The notes below the pieces were generated by a model. That model was not told where the DNA came from. It saw only the letters and a list, made by a program, of their open reading frames with translations, and did no database searches. 32,000 bases of DNA. It comes from Candidatus Electrothrix yaqonensis. Lineage in GTDB: Bacteria > Desulfobacterota > Desulfobulbia > Desulfobulbales > Desulfobulbaceae. The position numbers and the translations under genes were made by a program. The stretch is from positions 600,001 through 632,000 of the forward strand of contig CP178758.1 of assembly GCA_047651235.1 (NCBI GenBank). Reading direction: 5' to 3'. Shown here in pieces: positions 1-8,210 of the stretch. Numbering within the stretch: the first letter of the stretch is position 1; every line of letters begins with the position of its first letter.

Positions 1-214
1 CGAGAAAAATAAGGAGATCCCCATGCCAATTCCTCAGCAAGAACCGCAACAGCAGATCAGCGAACAGGAATACCTGAACGGTGAACTCCTCAGTGAGGTG
101 AAACACGAATTCATTGACGTTGCTGTTTACGCAATGGCAGGGGCCAGCGCTGACCACGGCAGAATAGCGGGCAACCTTTTTGCCGCCTTCCTGCGCCATC
201 TTCAGGAACGGAAG
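1..214. repeat. Left arm, part A of an inverted segmental duplication (5' UTR + first ~64 codons of Uma2). It matches the reverse complement of 29767..29941.
   Basis: By-eye alignment. The copies match from gagaaaaataagg..atccccatgccaat through catcttcag.aac.gaag. The right copy lacks 39 nt (codons ELLSEVKHEFIDV). Homology runs off the window start. Confidence 0.8.
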
Positions 215-622
215 TCACCGTGCGAGCCTTTCCTGGCTGATATGAAAGTGAAGACCGGCAACAAGTTCTTTTACCCGGATGTGCTTATCTCCTGTGAACA
301 GGAAGAAAATGACTACTACCGCAATGCCCCTCTGCTCATTGTCGAGGTAGTCTCCCGATCGACCCGTAAAAAGGACAACACGCTCAAACGGCTATCTTAT
401 CAGACGCTTCCCAGCCTGGAAGAATACGTTTTGATTGAGCAGGATTTTGTCGATATTGAGGTCTGTCGAAGGAGTAAGCACTGGTGGCCTGAACATTATT
501 ATCTCGGTGACACAGTGCATTTCTCTTCCATTGACCTGACCCTGTCTGTCGAGGAAATTTATGCACGAGTCATGAATGATGATATGCAGGCGTACAGGAA
601 AAATACAACACCCCATAAGTAA
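23..622 (+). CDS. Uma2 family (DUF820) putative PD-(D/E)xK endonuclease
   Basis: 199-aa ORF with AAGGAG 6 nt upstream of the ATG. It shows the Uma2/DUF820-like pattern (..YPDVLISCEQ.., LLIVEVVSRSTRKKD, K..Y...PSLEEYVLIEQ). Confidence 0.8.
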   Translation: MPIPQQEPQQQISEQEYLNGELLSEVKHEFIDVAVYAMAGASADHGRIAGNLFAAFLRHLQERKSPCEPFLADMKVKTGNKFFYPDVLISCEQEENDYYRNAPLLIVEVVSRSTRKKDNTLKRLSYQTLPSLEEYVLIEQDFVDIEVCRRSKHWWPEHYYLGDTVHFSSIDLTLSVEEIYARVMNDDMQAYRKNTTPHK

Positions 623-1217
623 TAACCCAACAGGAGGTACAATGCACTATGCCCGGATAATCCTCACCCTAACCCTTGCCTTCCTTGTCCTGGCAGGCCC
701 TAGGCCCTCCACAGCCGAGGAGGAATTTGTCACCGCCCTGACCGGCAAGTTTCCACCCTTCAGCTATTACGATAAGCAAGGGAACCTTGCCGGTTTTGAC
801 GTGGACGTGAGCCGGGAAATCGCTCGGCGGATCAACCGCAAATCCCGCATCATCGCCACGGAATGGGACGGCATTCTGGCAGGCCTGCTGGCCGAGAAAT
901 ACGACGCCATCATCGGCTCAATGGCCATCACCCCTGCCCGGCAGGAGAGCGTAGATTTTTCCACGCCCTATTACCATTCCGGGGCACAGCTCTTCATCCA
1001 CCGCGATAACCCGGACAAGGTCTACTCCATTGAGGAGTGCAAGGGATTAGCCATTGCCGTGGTCCTGGGAGAGACCTACCAGCATTTTCTCGAAGAAAGG
1101 TTCCCGGATATCCAGGTGGTCACCCTCAAGTCAGCAGCCGAGATCTTTGCCATGCTGGAGCAGAAGCGGATCACCGGTTTTGTCACGGATCGGCTGGTCG
1201 GGGCCTGGCAAGTCAAG
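621..1217. repeat. Left arm, part B of the inverted duplication (RBS + signal peptide + first 192 codons of the substrate-binding domain). It matches the reverse complement of 28394..28995.
   Basis: By-eye alignment gives roughly 85-90% nt identity, with identical runs of 44-56 nt. Similarity stops after ..DRLVGAWQ(V/I)K. Confidence 0.85.
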
Positions 1218-1268
1218 GGCAACGGGCTGCTCTACCGGATGCCAGTCTTTCAGCAGGATTATTCCTGA
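642..1268 (+). pseudogene. Truncated paralog of the amino-acid ABC transporter substrate-binding domain. It lacks the C-terminal part of the SBP and the whole permease.
   Basis: ATG at 642 is preceded by AGGAGG (632-637). The 208 codons are collinear with residues 1-192 of the 473-aa protein at 27548..28969 (-), then diverge (GNGLLYRMPVFQQDYS*) and stop. The upstream part of track ORF 576.. is only a frame extension. Confidence 0.75.
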
Positions 1269-1343
1269 TTACTCGACGAGCGGGATGACCTCCGGCACGT
1301 AAACTCGCAAACAATCTGTTCCTCAAACGCGCAACAGAAACAT

Positions 1344-3035
1344 ATGCTTCAGGAACTGCATGTCAATAATCTGGCCCTGATCAACCAGCTGGATCTGGAT
1401 TTTTCCGGGACAGGTACCGGCCTGATCGCCTTTACCGGCGAAACCGGGGCCGGGAAATCCATTATCCTGCAGGCCGTGCATCTGCTGACCGGCGGTCGGG
1501 CCTCGGCCTCATGGGTGCGCAATGACTGCAGTCAGGCGGTGATCCAGGCCCGGTTTGAGATCAGCGGCCAGGAGGAAATCATCGGGCTGCTCCGGGAACA
1601 CGGTCTTGAGCACGAAGAGGACTGCATTCTGCGCCGGATTGTCAGCAGCAAAGGCCGGAGCCGCATTTATATCAATGACCGTCCGGCCACCACCAGAACA
1701 GCAGGAGAGCTGGCAGAATATCTGGTCAATATCGCCAGCCAGCACGATCAGCAGCTTCTGCTCAGGAGCAGCAGCCATATTGATTTTCTGGACAGTTATG
1801 GCGAACTGCTGAGCCAGCGGGATCAGTACCGGCAGGTGTACAGCCGCTGGCGGGCTCTGTGCCGCCGTCTGCGGGAGCTGCATACCCGGGAGCAGGACCG
1901 GGAGCAGCGGCATGATTTCCTCGGGTTTCAGCTGAAGGAAATCCGGGAGGCTGCTCCGCTGCCGGGCGAAGACGAAGAGCTGGTCAAAGAGCGCGACCTG
2001 CTCAAGTCCTCCACCACCTTGGCCGAGCTGACCGGCAAGAGCCATTTTATGCTCCTGGACAAGGTCACGCCCCTGCTGACCGAGATCCGCAAGAACATGG
2101 AACAGGCAACCACTCTTGATTCGGCAGTGCAGGAGCTTGCCGGGCAGTGCAGGTCCATCTGCTTTGAGGCGGAAGACTTGGAAGGCAATCTCCGGAATTA
2201 TCTGAGTTCTATTCCGACGGATCAGGGCAGGCTGGATCAGATCGCCTCCCGGCTGGCTGAACTCCGGCAGCTACAGCGCAAATACGGCGTCACTCTGGAA
2301 GAGGTGCTTGCCTTTGCCGAGAAGGTGGAAAAGGAGCTGCACGCCCTTGAGCATTTGGATGAACAGATTAACAGCTTGGAAAAGGAGGTGGACCAGGTTG
2401 AGGGCGAGCTGCGGGTGAAAGCCGAGGCACTGTCTGCGGAACGCTGTCAGGTTGCAGCCAGACTGAGCGAGGCCATGCAGGCCGAGCTGGTCTCGCTCAG
2501 CTTTAACCAAGCTCTGTTTGAGGTTTCAGTTACTGTGGCTGATACCGGGGAGGCCCTGTCCGCCACGGGATGCGATACGGTGAGCTTCCTGTTTTCCGCC
2601 AATCCCGGTGAGCCGCCCAAACCCCTGAGCGGGGTAGTGTCCGGCGGTGAGCTTTCCCGGCTCATGCTGGCCATGAAATGCCTGCTTGCCCGGCGGGACA
2701 GGGTGGACACGGTGATCTTTGATGAGATTGATGCCGGAATCGGCGGCGAGGCTGCCGGGGCTGTGGCCCGCAAGATTGACGAGCTGGCCGGGCACCATCA
2801 GGTGTTCTGTATCACCCATCTGCCCCAGATTGCCGCTTATGCGGATGCTCATTTTGTGGTGGCAAAAAAGGTGAACGGCAACCGGACCTACACCACTATC
2901 CGCAGCCTGTCCGCAGAAGAACGGGTGGCAGAGCTGGCCCGGATGATCGGAGGTGACAATCCCACAGAACAGACCTTCAGACTGGCCGGGGAGCTGGCTG
3001 CAACGCGAAAAGCAAACAGACAAGCGGGAGATTGA
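1344..3035 (+). CDS. recN: DNA repair protein RecN
   Basis: 563 aa. N-terminal Walker A (FTGETGAGKSI), a long coiled-coil middle, and a C-terminal SMC-type signature/Walker B (GGELSRLMLA.., TVIFDEIDAGIGG). Confidence 0.95.
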   Translation: MLQELHVNNLALINQLDLDFSGTGTGLIAFTGETGAGKSIILQAVHLLTGGRASASWVRNDCSQAVIQARFEISGQEEIIGLLREHGLEHEEDCILRRIVSSKGRSRIYINDRPATTRTAGELAEYLVNIASQHDQQLLLRSSSHIDFLDSYGELLSQRDQYRQVYSRWRALCRRLRELHTREQDREQRHDFLGFQLKEIREAAPLPGEDEELVKERDLLKSSTTLAELTGKSHFMLLDKVTPLLTEIRKNMEQATTLDSAVQELAGQCRSICFEAEDLEGNLRNYLSSIPTDQGRLDQIASRLAELRQLQRKYGVTLEEVLAFAEKVEKELHALEHLDEQINSLEKEVDQVEGELRVKAEALSAERCQVAARLSEAMQAELVSLSFNQALFEVSVTVADTGEALSATGCDTVSFLFSANPGEPPKPLSGVVSGGELSRLMLAMKCLLARRDRVDTVIFDEIDAGIGGEAAGAVARKIDELAGHHQVFCITHLPQIAAYADAHFVVAKKVNGNRTYTTIRSLSAEERVAELARMIGGDNPTEQTFRLAGELAATRKANRQAGD

Positions 3036-4099
3036 TCATGCAGCAGCTGAAAACGCAGATGACAACAGCTTTGGGACTTTTTTCCGGCGGCCTGGATTCC
3101 ATCCTCGCCTGCCGGGTTATTGCGGCACAGGGAATCCGGGTCCAAGCCCTGAAATTCGTTACCCCGTTTTTTGGTCATGACCTGCTCCTGCGGAAAGAGG
3201 AATATCAGGAGGAGATGCGAAAAAAATACCGGCTGGATGTGGAGCCGGTTGATCTGAGCGAAGGGTATATTGAACTGCTGCGCAATCCGGCGCACGGGTT
3301 CGGAAAAAACTTTAACCCCTGTATCGACTGCAAAATCATGATGCTGCGCCGGGCCAGAGAGCTGATGCCGGAATACAGGGCTTCTTTTCTCATCACCGGC
3401 GAGGTACTCGGGCAGCGGCCCATGTCGCAGCGGCGCGACACCCTGAACGTCATTGAGCGGGATGCCGAGTGCAGGGATATCCTGCTCCGTCCATTATGCG
3501 CCAAGCTGATGTCACCCACCCTGCCGGAACGGGAAGGGCTGGTGGATCGGGACTGGCTGCATGATTTTTCCGGGCGCAGCCGTAAGTCCCAGATCGCTCT
3601 GGCCCGTGAACTGGGAATCCGGGAGTTCCCTGCCCCTGCCGGGGGCTGCGTGCTCACCGACCCCAACCTTGCTGCCCGGATTCAGCGTTTCTATGCCGGG
3701 CTATTTAAAATCGGTCGGGAAGACATCACCACCGGAGATATCCGGCTTCTGCTCCTGGGTCGTCAATTCCGCCTGCCCGGCGGGCACTGGTTGGTACTTG
3801 GAAGAAATAAAGACGAAAATTACCATCTGAGCCAGCTCCGCGAACCGGACGACTGGCTGCTGTTCATGCCGGAACATCCCAGCCCCACAGCCCTGCTGCG
3901 TCACGCCTCAGCCATGATCACTGATCCTGCAGAAAAAGAAAAAATTCTTGACGCAGTTGCGGGCCTGGTTGTCCGTTACGGCAGGAAAACCGGCGGCAAG
4001 CTGCTGCCCGGCAGGGTTTTATTTAAGGAGCGCGGCAAACGGCAGACCATGCAGGCGGAAGCCTTGGCAGATGAGGTTTTCCAGGAATGGGTGGTGTGA
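3032..4099 (+). CDS. PP-loop ATP pyrophosphatase, ThiI-like tRNA sulfurtransferase family (no THUMP domain)
   Basis: SGGLDS PP-loop near the N-terminus, plus NPCIDCK, ITGEVLGQRPMSQ and ILLRPL motifs as in the ThiI C-terminal domain. The track start 3032 is TTG overlapping the recN stop; ATG at 3038 is the more likely start. Confidence 0.7.
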   Translation: MIMQQLKTQMTTALGLFSGGLDSILACRVIAAQGIRVQALKFVTPFFGHDLLLRKEEYQEEMRKKYRLDVEPVDLSEGYIELLRNPAHGFGKNFNPCIDCKIMMLRRARELMPEYRASFLITGEVLGQRPMSQRRDTLNVIERDAECRDILLRPLCAKLMSPTLPEREGLVDRDWLHDFSGRSRKSQIALARELGIREFPAPAGGCVLTDPNLAARIQRFYAGLFKIGREDITTGDIRLLLLGRQFRLPGGHWLVLGRNKDENYHLSQLREPDDWLLFMPEHPSPTALLRHASAMITDPAEKEKILDAVAGLVVRYGRKTGGKLLPGRVLFKERGKRQTMQAEALADEVFQEWVV

Positions 4100-4265
4100 C
4101 TTTCAGATCGGGACTTGTACTTGTGATCTATGGACGAGTGTTTTTTTTCGTGAAAACAGTCTATTTTGTTTGCTTTTTTGGTTTATCCAGATATTTTGTT
4201 TTATCAATCGGACGGCGAAGGCCGCCCGGTGCGGAATGGAATACATCAAACAGCAGGAGGAATTC

Positions 4266-5915
4266 ATGGAAAACAGCACCGAAAATCGAACAACCGAAAA
4301 TGGAAGCGGGAAAGCCTATATCGTCGGCAGCGGTGCCGCCGCCCTCGCGAGCGCGGCCTATCTAATTCGCAACGCCGGTTTCACGGCTGAAAACATCCAT
4401 ATTCTGACGGACCGCGACGTCATCGCCGATGCTTTCAAGCGTGGACCCATGGAGGGAGGATCGTTGGGGGCGGGAACCGAACCCGAAGGGTTCGTCAGTC
4501 CCGGCGGCAGAATGTTCGAGAAACACTACGAATGCATGTTCGATCTGCTCAAGAGCATTCCGTCGGTCGAGGCCCCCGAACTCTCCGTGGCGGAAGATAT
4601 TTTCGAATTCAACGAGAAGGTGGTTTCGGATGCCAAATGCCGGTTGTTGAAGAACGGCAAGAAAATCGATGTCTCGTCCTACGGACTGAGTTTACGCGAC
4701 CAGTTGGACATGCTCCACTTGGTGCTCGACGGGAAGGGAAAGGTGGACGAGAAAATCGAGGATTGGTTTTCGAAGGAATTCTTCAAAACGAATTTCTGGT
4801 ATCTCTGGACCACTAGTTTTTCGATGCTGCCACAGGACAACGTGGACGAACTGAGGCGCTACTTTCTCCGCTTCATCCACCTACTTCCGGGCTTCAACCG
4901 GTATCTTGGAATTCTGAGGACCAAGTACAACCAGTACGATTCCCTGATTCGTCCGATGGTATCCTGGCTCCAGTCGCACAACGTCAATTTCGACGTGGGC
5001 GCAAAGGTGACGGACATTGAATTTGAAGAAAACGAAGGAAAGAGGACGGCGACAGCGATAGTGTACCACTGCGGCGAGAGGGAGGAGCGGATCGAGCACA
5101 GGGTCGAGAACCCCGGCTACGTATTTGCGACACTTGGATCGATGGTAGATAATACGACTATCGGCTCCACCACGAAGCCCGCGCCCGCGCCTCCAAAAGA
5201 ACCCGGAACCTCCTGGCAACTTTGGCGGAACATCGCGAAGGGACGTCCGGAATTTGGAAATCCGGAAGTGTTCCTTGACAGGCGGTCGGAGACCACTTGG
5301 CCGTCTTTCACGGTCACCCTCGATAATCCGAAATTCTTCGACTACATGGAGAAGTTCACGGGGAATAAAGCGGGCACTGGGGGATTGGTTTCCTTCACGG
5401 ATTCGAATTGGGGGATGTCAATCGTTCTTTTCCACCAGCCCTTTTATATCGGCCAGGACGAGAGCCAGTTCATTTTCTGGGGCGACGGCCTGTCGCCGTT
5501 CGACAAGGGCAACCGGGTGAAGAAACCGATGGTGGAATGCACCGGGAGGGAGATGCTGGAAGAGGTTGCGCACCACCTCAAGCTGACGGACGCCCAGTAC
5601 GCAGACATGTTCGGTGGAGCTGTCAGTATACCAGCGCTGATGCCCTACATCACCAGCCAATTCCAGACGAGGAAGCCGGGGGATCGCCCTGCGGTGATTC
5701 CGGAGGGGGCCACAAACTTTGCCTTTATGGGGCAGTTCTGCGAAATCGAGGACGACGTCGTCTTCACGGTCGAGTATTCGTTCCGCGCGGCCGCGATGGC
5801 GGTCTACGGGCTTCTGAACAAAGACGACGACTGGGACTGGAAGGTACCAGCCATGTACGAGGGGGAAGACAATCCGATCGTGGACTTCAAGGCACTGCTG
5901 GCGATCCTCCGCTGA
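4266..5915 (+). CDS. ohyA: Oleate hydratase (MCRA family, FAD-dependent fatty-acid double-bond hydratase)
   Basis: GSGAAALASAAYLIR dinucleotide-binding motif. Also GGRMFEKHYECMFDLLKSIPS, RRYFLRFIHLLPG, TKYNQYDSLIRPMVSWL and FTVEYSFRAAAMAVY, all collinear with my recollection of staphylococcal OhyA. I chose ATG 4266 because AGGAGG lies 5 nt upstream; ATG 4236 is an alternative. The track ORF start at 3948 overlaps the previous gene. Confidence 0.85.
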   Translation: MENSTENRTTENGSGKAYIVGSGAAALASAAYLIRNAGFTAENIHILTDRDVIADAFKRGPMEGGSLGAGTEPEGFVSPGGRMFEKHYECMFDLLKSIPSVEAPELSVAEDIFEFNEKVVSDAKCRLLKNGKKIDVSSYGLSLRDQLDMLHLVLDGKGKVDEKIEDWFSKEFFKTNFWYLWTTSFSMLPQDNVDELRRYFLRFIHLLPGFNRYLGILRTKYNQYDSLIRPMVSWLQSHNVNFDVGAKVTDIEFEENEGKRTATAIVYHCGEREERIEHRVENPGYVFATLGSMVDNTTIGSTTKPAPAPPKEPGTSWQLWRNIAKGRPEFGNPEVFLDRRSETTWPSFTVTLDNPKFFDYMEKFTGNKAGTGGLVSFTDSNWGMSIVLFHQPFYIGQDESQFIFWGDGLSPFDKGNRVKKPMVECTGREMLEEVAHHLKLTDAQYADMFGGAVSIPALMPYITSQFQTRKPGDRPAVIPEGATNFAFMGQFCEIEDDVVFTVEYSFRAAAMAVYGLLNKDDDWDWKVPAMYEGEDNPIVDFKALLAILR

Positions 5916-5959
5916 GCCATCAGTGTTTATTTTCAGCCGGGCTAGGAATGAAAATTTAA

Positions 5960-6075
5960 TTCTACTTTGGTGACCATACCATTAACTATTTAATAATATT
6001 AATAATGACAAAAACAGGGGTTTTTAAATACTTAATAAAAATAAGATAGTTATGTTTATGATCGCCAAAGTAGAA
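5960..6075. mobile_element. 116-bp MITE-like element, copy 1
   Basis: AT-rich, non-coding. Bounded by inverted repeats TTCTACTTTGGTGACCAT / ATGATCGCCAAAGTAGAA. About 96% identical (4 mismatches by eye) to 30457..30572. Its ends match those of the IS at 30002..31178. Confidence 0.75.
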
Positions 6076-6285
6076 ATAGGAAAACAGCTTTTTGTATACA
6101 TGAGGACAGGCACAGGTGGAGCTGAAGCGTTCCTTCAGCGGCCTGGTGCCCGGATAATCCGCAGTAACACAGCGCAAAAGAATACCTTCCTCACAGTGAA
6201 CCCCGTTTTCATCTCCTGAAAAATCGGGTAGTATATTTGTGTGACACGACAAAACCCGCAAAAAATACAAACAGGTTGATACACC

Positions 6286-7461
6286 ATGCCTGAAGCCTTT
6301 ATTACTCCGCATGTGCTCAGTTGGGCAAGAAAACGGGCGCAGTTCAGCACGGATGCTGCTGCGCATAAGGTAAAGGTGCGTCCAGAGCAGTTCCTTGCTT
6401 GGGAGGAAGGCCAAAAAAGACCGACCTTCCGGCAGGCGCAACTCCTTGCCAAGGCATTTCATGTGCCGTTCGGGTACTTCTTTCTGCCTGCACCGCCGAA
6501 ACAGGAGCCGGATATACCCGACCTGCGGACTGTGGGCAGCAGAACCATGCCCGGTTTCAGCCCTGATTTTCTTGACCTGTACAACGATATTCTGCGTAAA
6601 CAGGATTGGTTCCGGGAATACCGTATGCAGGAGGGCACACAGCCGTTGCCCTTTATCGGTAAATTCTCCATGACGGATGATTACCGGGTGGTGGCAGAGG
6701 ATATACGGCAGATGCTGTCTGTGGATGAGGCCCGCAGTTCCGCCCGAAATTGGGAACAGTTCATCACCTGCTTGATTGAACAGGCCGAGGATGCGGGTAT
6801 TCTTGTCATGCGCAATTCCATTGTCGGCAACAATACTCACCGTCCGCTCTCCGTTGATGAGTTCCGGGGCTTTGCCCTCAGTGACCCGGTTGCACCGCTT
6901 ATCTTCATCAACTCCCGCGATGCCAAATCCGCCCAAATCTTCACCCTTGCCCATGAGCTGGTTCATCTTTGGATTGGACAAAGCGGAGTTTCTAATCTTC
7001 AGCTAAACAAAGAGAAAAAAGGCAAATGCGGAAAGGAGGTGGAAACCTTCTGCAACAGGACGGCTGCGGAGGTGCTGGTTCCTGAAGCGCAATTTCTGAC
7101 AGATTGGGACAACGAGATTCCGGCACAGGAAAATATTGCCCTGCTTGGTCAACAGTACAGGGTCAGTCAGCTGGTTATTGCCCGGCGCGGATATGATCTG
7201 AACGTGTTGGACTATGACACGTTGCAGAATTTTTATTGGCAGGCCGTCCTGTATGACCGAAAGAAGAAAAATAAACTATCTGAGAGTCCAGGCGGCCCAA
7301 AATCCGACACCATGCGCAAGTTCAGAAATGGCAACCTGTTTTCCCAAGCTGTGGCGGCTGCGGCCCTTGAAGGAAGACTGCTGTTGCGGGATGCCGGTTC
7401 TCTGCTGGGGATCAAACCGGCTGGCCTGAAACAATATGCGGACTTTCTGACAGGAAAATAA
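6286..7461 (+). CDS. XRE-type HTH fused to an ImmA/IrrE-family (COG2856) zinc metallopeptidase
   Basis: 391 aa. The N-terminal ~65 aa look like an HTH_XRE domain (..LSWARKRAQFSTDAAAHKVKVRPEQFLAWEEGQKRPTFRQAQLLAKAF..). HEXXH (HELVH) lies at nt 6952-6966 within FTLAHELVHLWIG. Confidence 0.85.
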   Translation: MPEAFITPHVLSWARKRAQFSTDAAAHKVKVRPEQFLAWEEGQKRPTFRQAQLLAKAFHVPFGYFFLPAPPKQEPDIPDLRTVGSRTMPGFSPDFLDLYNDILRKQDWFREYRMQEGTQPLPFIGKFSMTDDYRVVAEDIRQMLSVDEARSSARNWEQFITCLIEQAEDAGILVMRNSIVGNNTHRPLSVDEFRGFALSDPVAPLIFINSRDAKSAQIFTLAHELVHLWIGQSGVSNLQLNKEKKGKCGKEVETFCNRTAAEVLVPEAQFLTDWDNEIPAQENIALLGQQYRVSQLVIARRGYDLNVLDYDTLQNFYWQAVLYDRKKKNKLSESPGGPKSDTMRKFRNGNLFSQAVAAAALEGRLLLRDAGSLLGIKPAGLKQYADFLTGK

Positions 7462-7462
7462 T

Positions 7463-7966
7463 ATGGATTACTGTCTGGACAGCAACGTATTTATTCAGGC
7501 CAAAAATGCTCACTACCATTTTTCTATCTGCCCCGGTTTCTGGGACTGGCTTGTCTTTCGGGTCGGGACAGTGGGTTCTATTAATCCTGTTTTTGAAGAG
7601 TTGCGGAACGGCAACGATGAATTGAAAGATTGGGCTGAAGAGATAAAAGGCTCTCATTTCTTTGCCGATGTGACGGAACCTGCTGTTCAGGAAATATTCG
7701 GCTCAATTGCCAGCTATGCCGTGGAGAATTACAAACCGCATGTAGCCGATGAATTTCTTTCAGGGGCCGACCCTTGGCTGATAGCTTTTGCCAAAGTCAA
7801 CGGCTGTATTACGGTAACCCATGAGGCATACAACCCGGTGGCAAAGAGAAAGATTCTCATCCCCAATATCTGCAAAGTATTTGAAATCGATTATACAGAC
7901 TGTTTCACCATGCTGAGAAATCTGAACGTTCGCTTTGTTCTGGAAGAAAGCCAGAGCGAAGAATGA
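7463..7966 (+). CDS. DUF4411 family PIN-like putative nuclease
   Basis: 167 aa. The ATG lies 1 nt after the upstream stop (TAA-T-ATG). N-terminal YCLDSNVFIQAKNAHY..CPGFWDWL is typical of DUF4411. Acidic residues sit at PIN-like positions (D6, E45-region, D103 in GADPWLIAFA, ..VTHE). Confidence 0.8.
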   Translation: MDYCLDSNVFIQAKNAHYHFSICPGFWDWLVFRVGTVGSINPVFEELRNGNDELKDWAEEIKGSHFFADVTEPAVQEIFGSIASYAVENYKPHVADEFLSGADPWLIAFAKVNGCITVTHEAYNPVAKRKILIPNICKVFEIDYTDCFTMLRNLNVRFVLEESQSEE

Positions 7967-8072
7967 TTTTTTCCGCGTGTCCCTTCCCTGCCTGAAGGTC
8001 TCTCTCCTCACATTGACAGATAGCCTTTTTTCACGGCTGCTGTTCTTCAAAAAAAAGAAAACTGAGAAGTAC

Positions 8073-8100
8073 CCCGGAAAGAATTTTCGGGTGTTTTGTG
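8073..8100 (+). terminator. Possible intrinsic terminator after the DUF4411 gene
   Basis: CCCGGAAA-gaa-TTTTCGGG stem (one G-U pair) followed by TGTTTTGTG. Confidence 0.35.
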
Positions 8101-8210
8101 CTTGGCTCTGCTGGGACAGATAAACCGAAAATCCGTTTACCTGCTGGGGATAGTGCTGGGGAAATAAAAAGTTGCTTTCGTGTTGGTTGGCTTAACTTGC
8201 TGTTTTTACT

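Noticed and set aside
3948-4265. 5' extension of the oleate hydratase ORF (track start 3948), and likewise 576-641 for the SBP fragment
   Set aside because: The extension overlaps the end of the PP-loop gene and encodes a nonsense-like peptide (..CDFQIGTCTCDLW..). Good RBS-ATG pairs exist at 4266 and 642, and homology begins there.
5986-6981. 331-aa ORF on the minus strand
   Set aside because: It runs antisense through the well-supported XRE-ImmA gene and through the AT-rich MITE. It has no recognisable motifs and an odd composition, so it is a shadow ORF.
8101-8210. Expected att-type direct repeat of the tRNA-Arg 3' end at the far side of the islet (searched around 4100-4270 and 5916-6290)
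   Set aside because: I could not find any convincing partial copy of the tRNA 3' end by eye. The islet idea is therefore kept only as inference, and no att sites are claimed.
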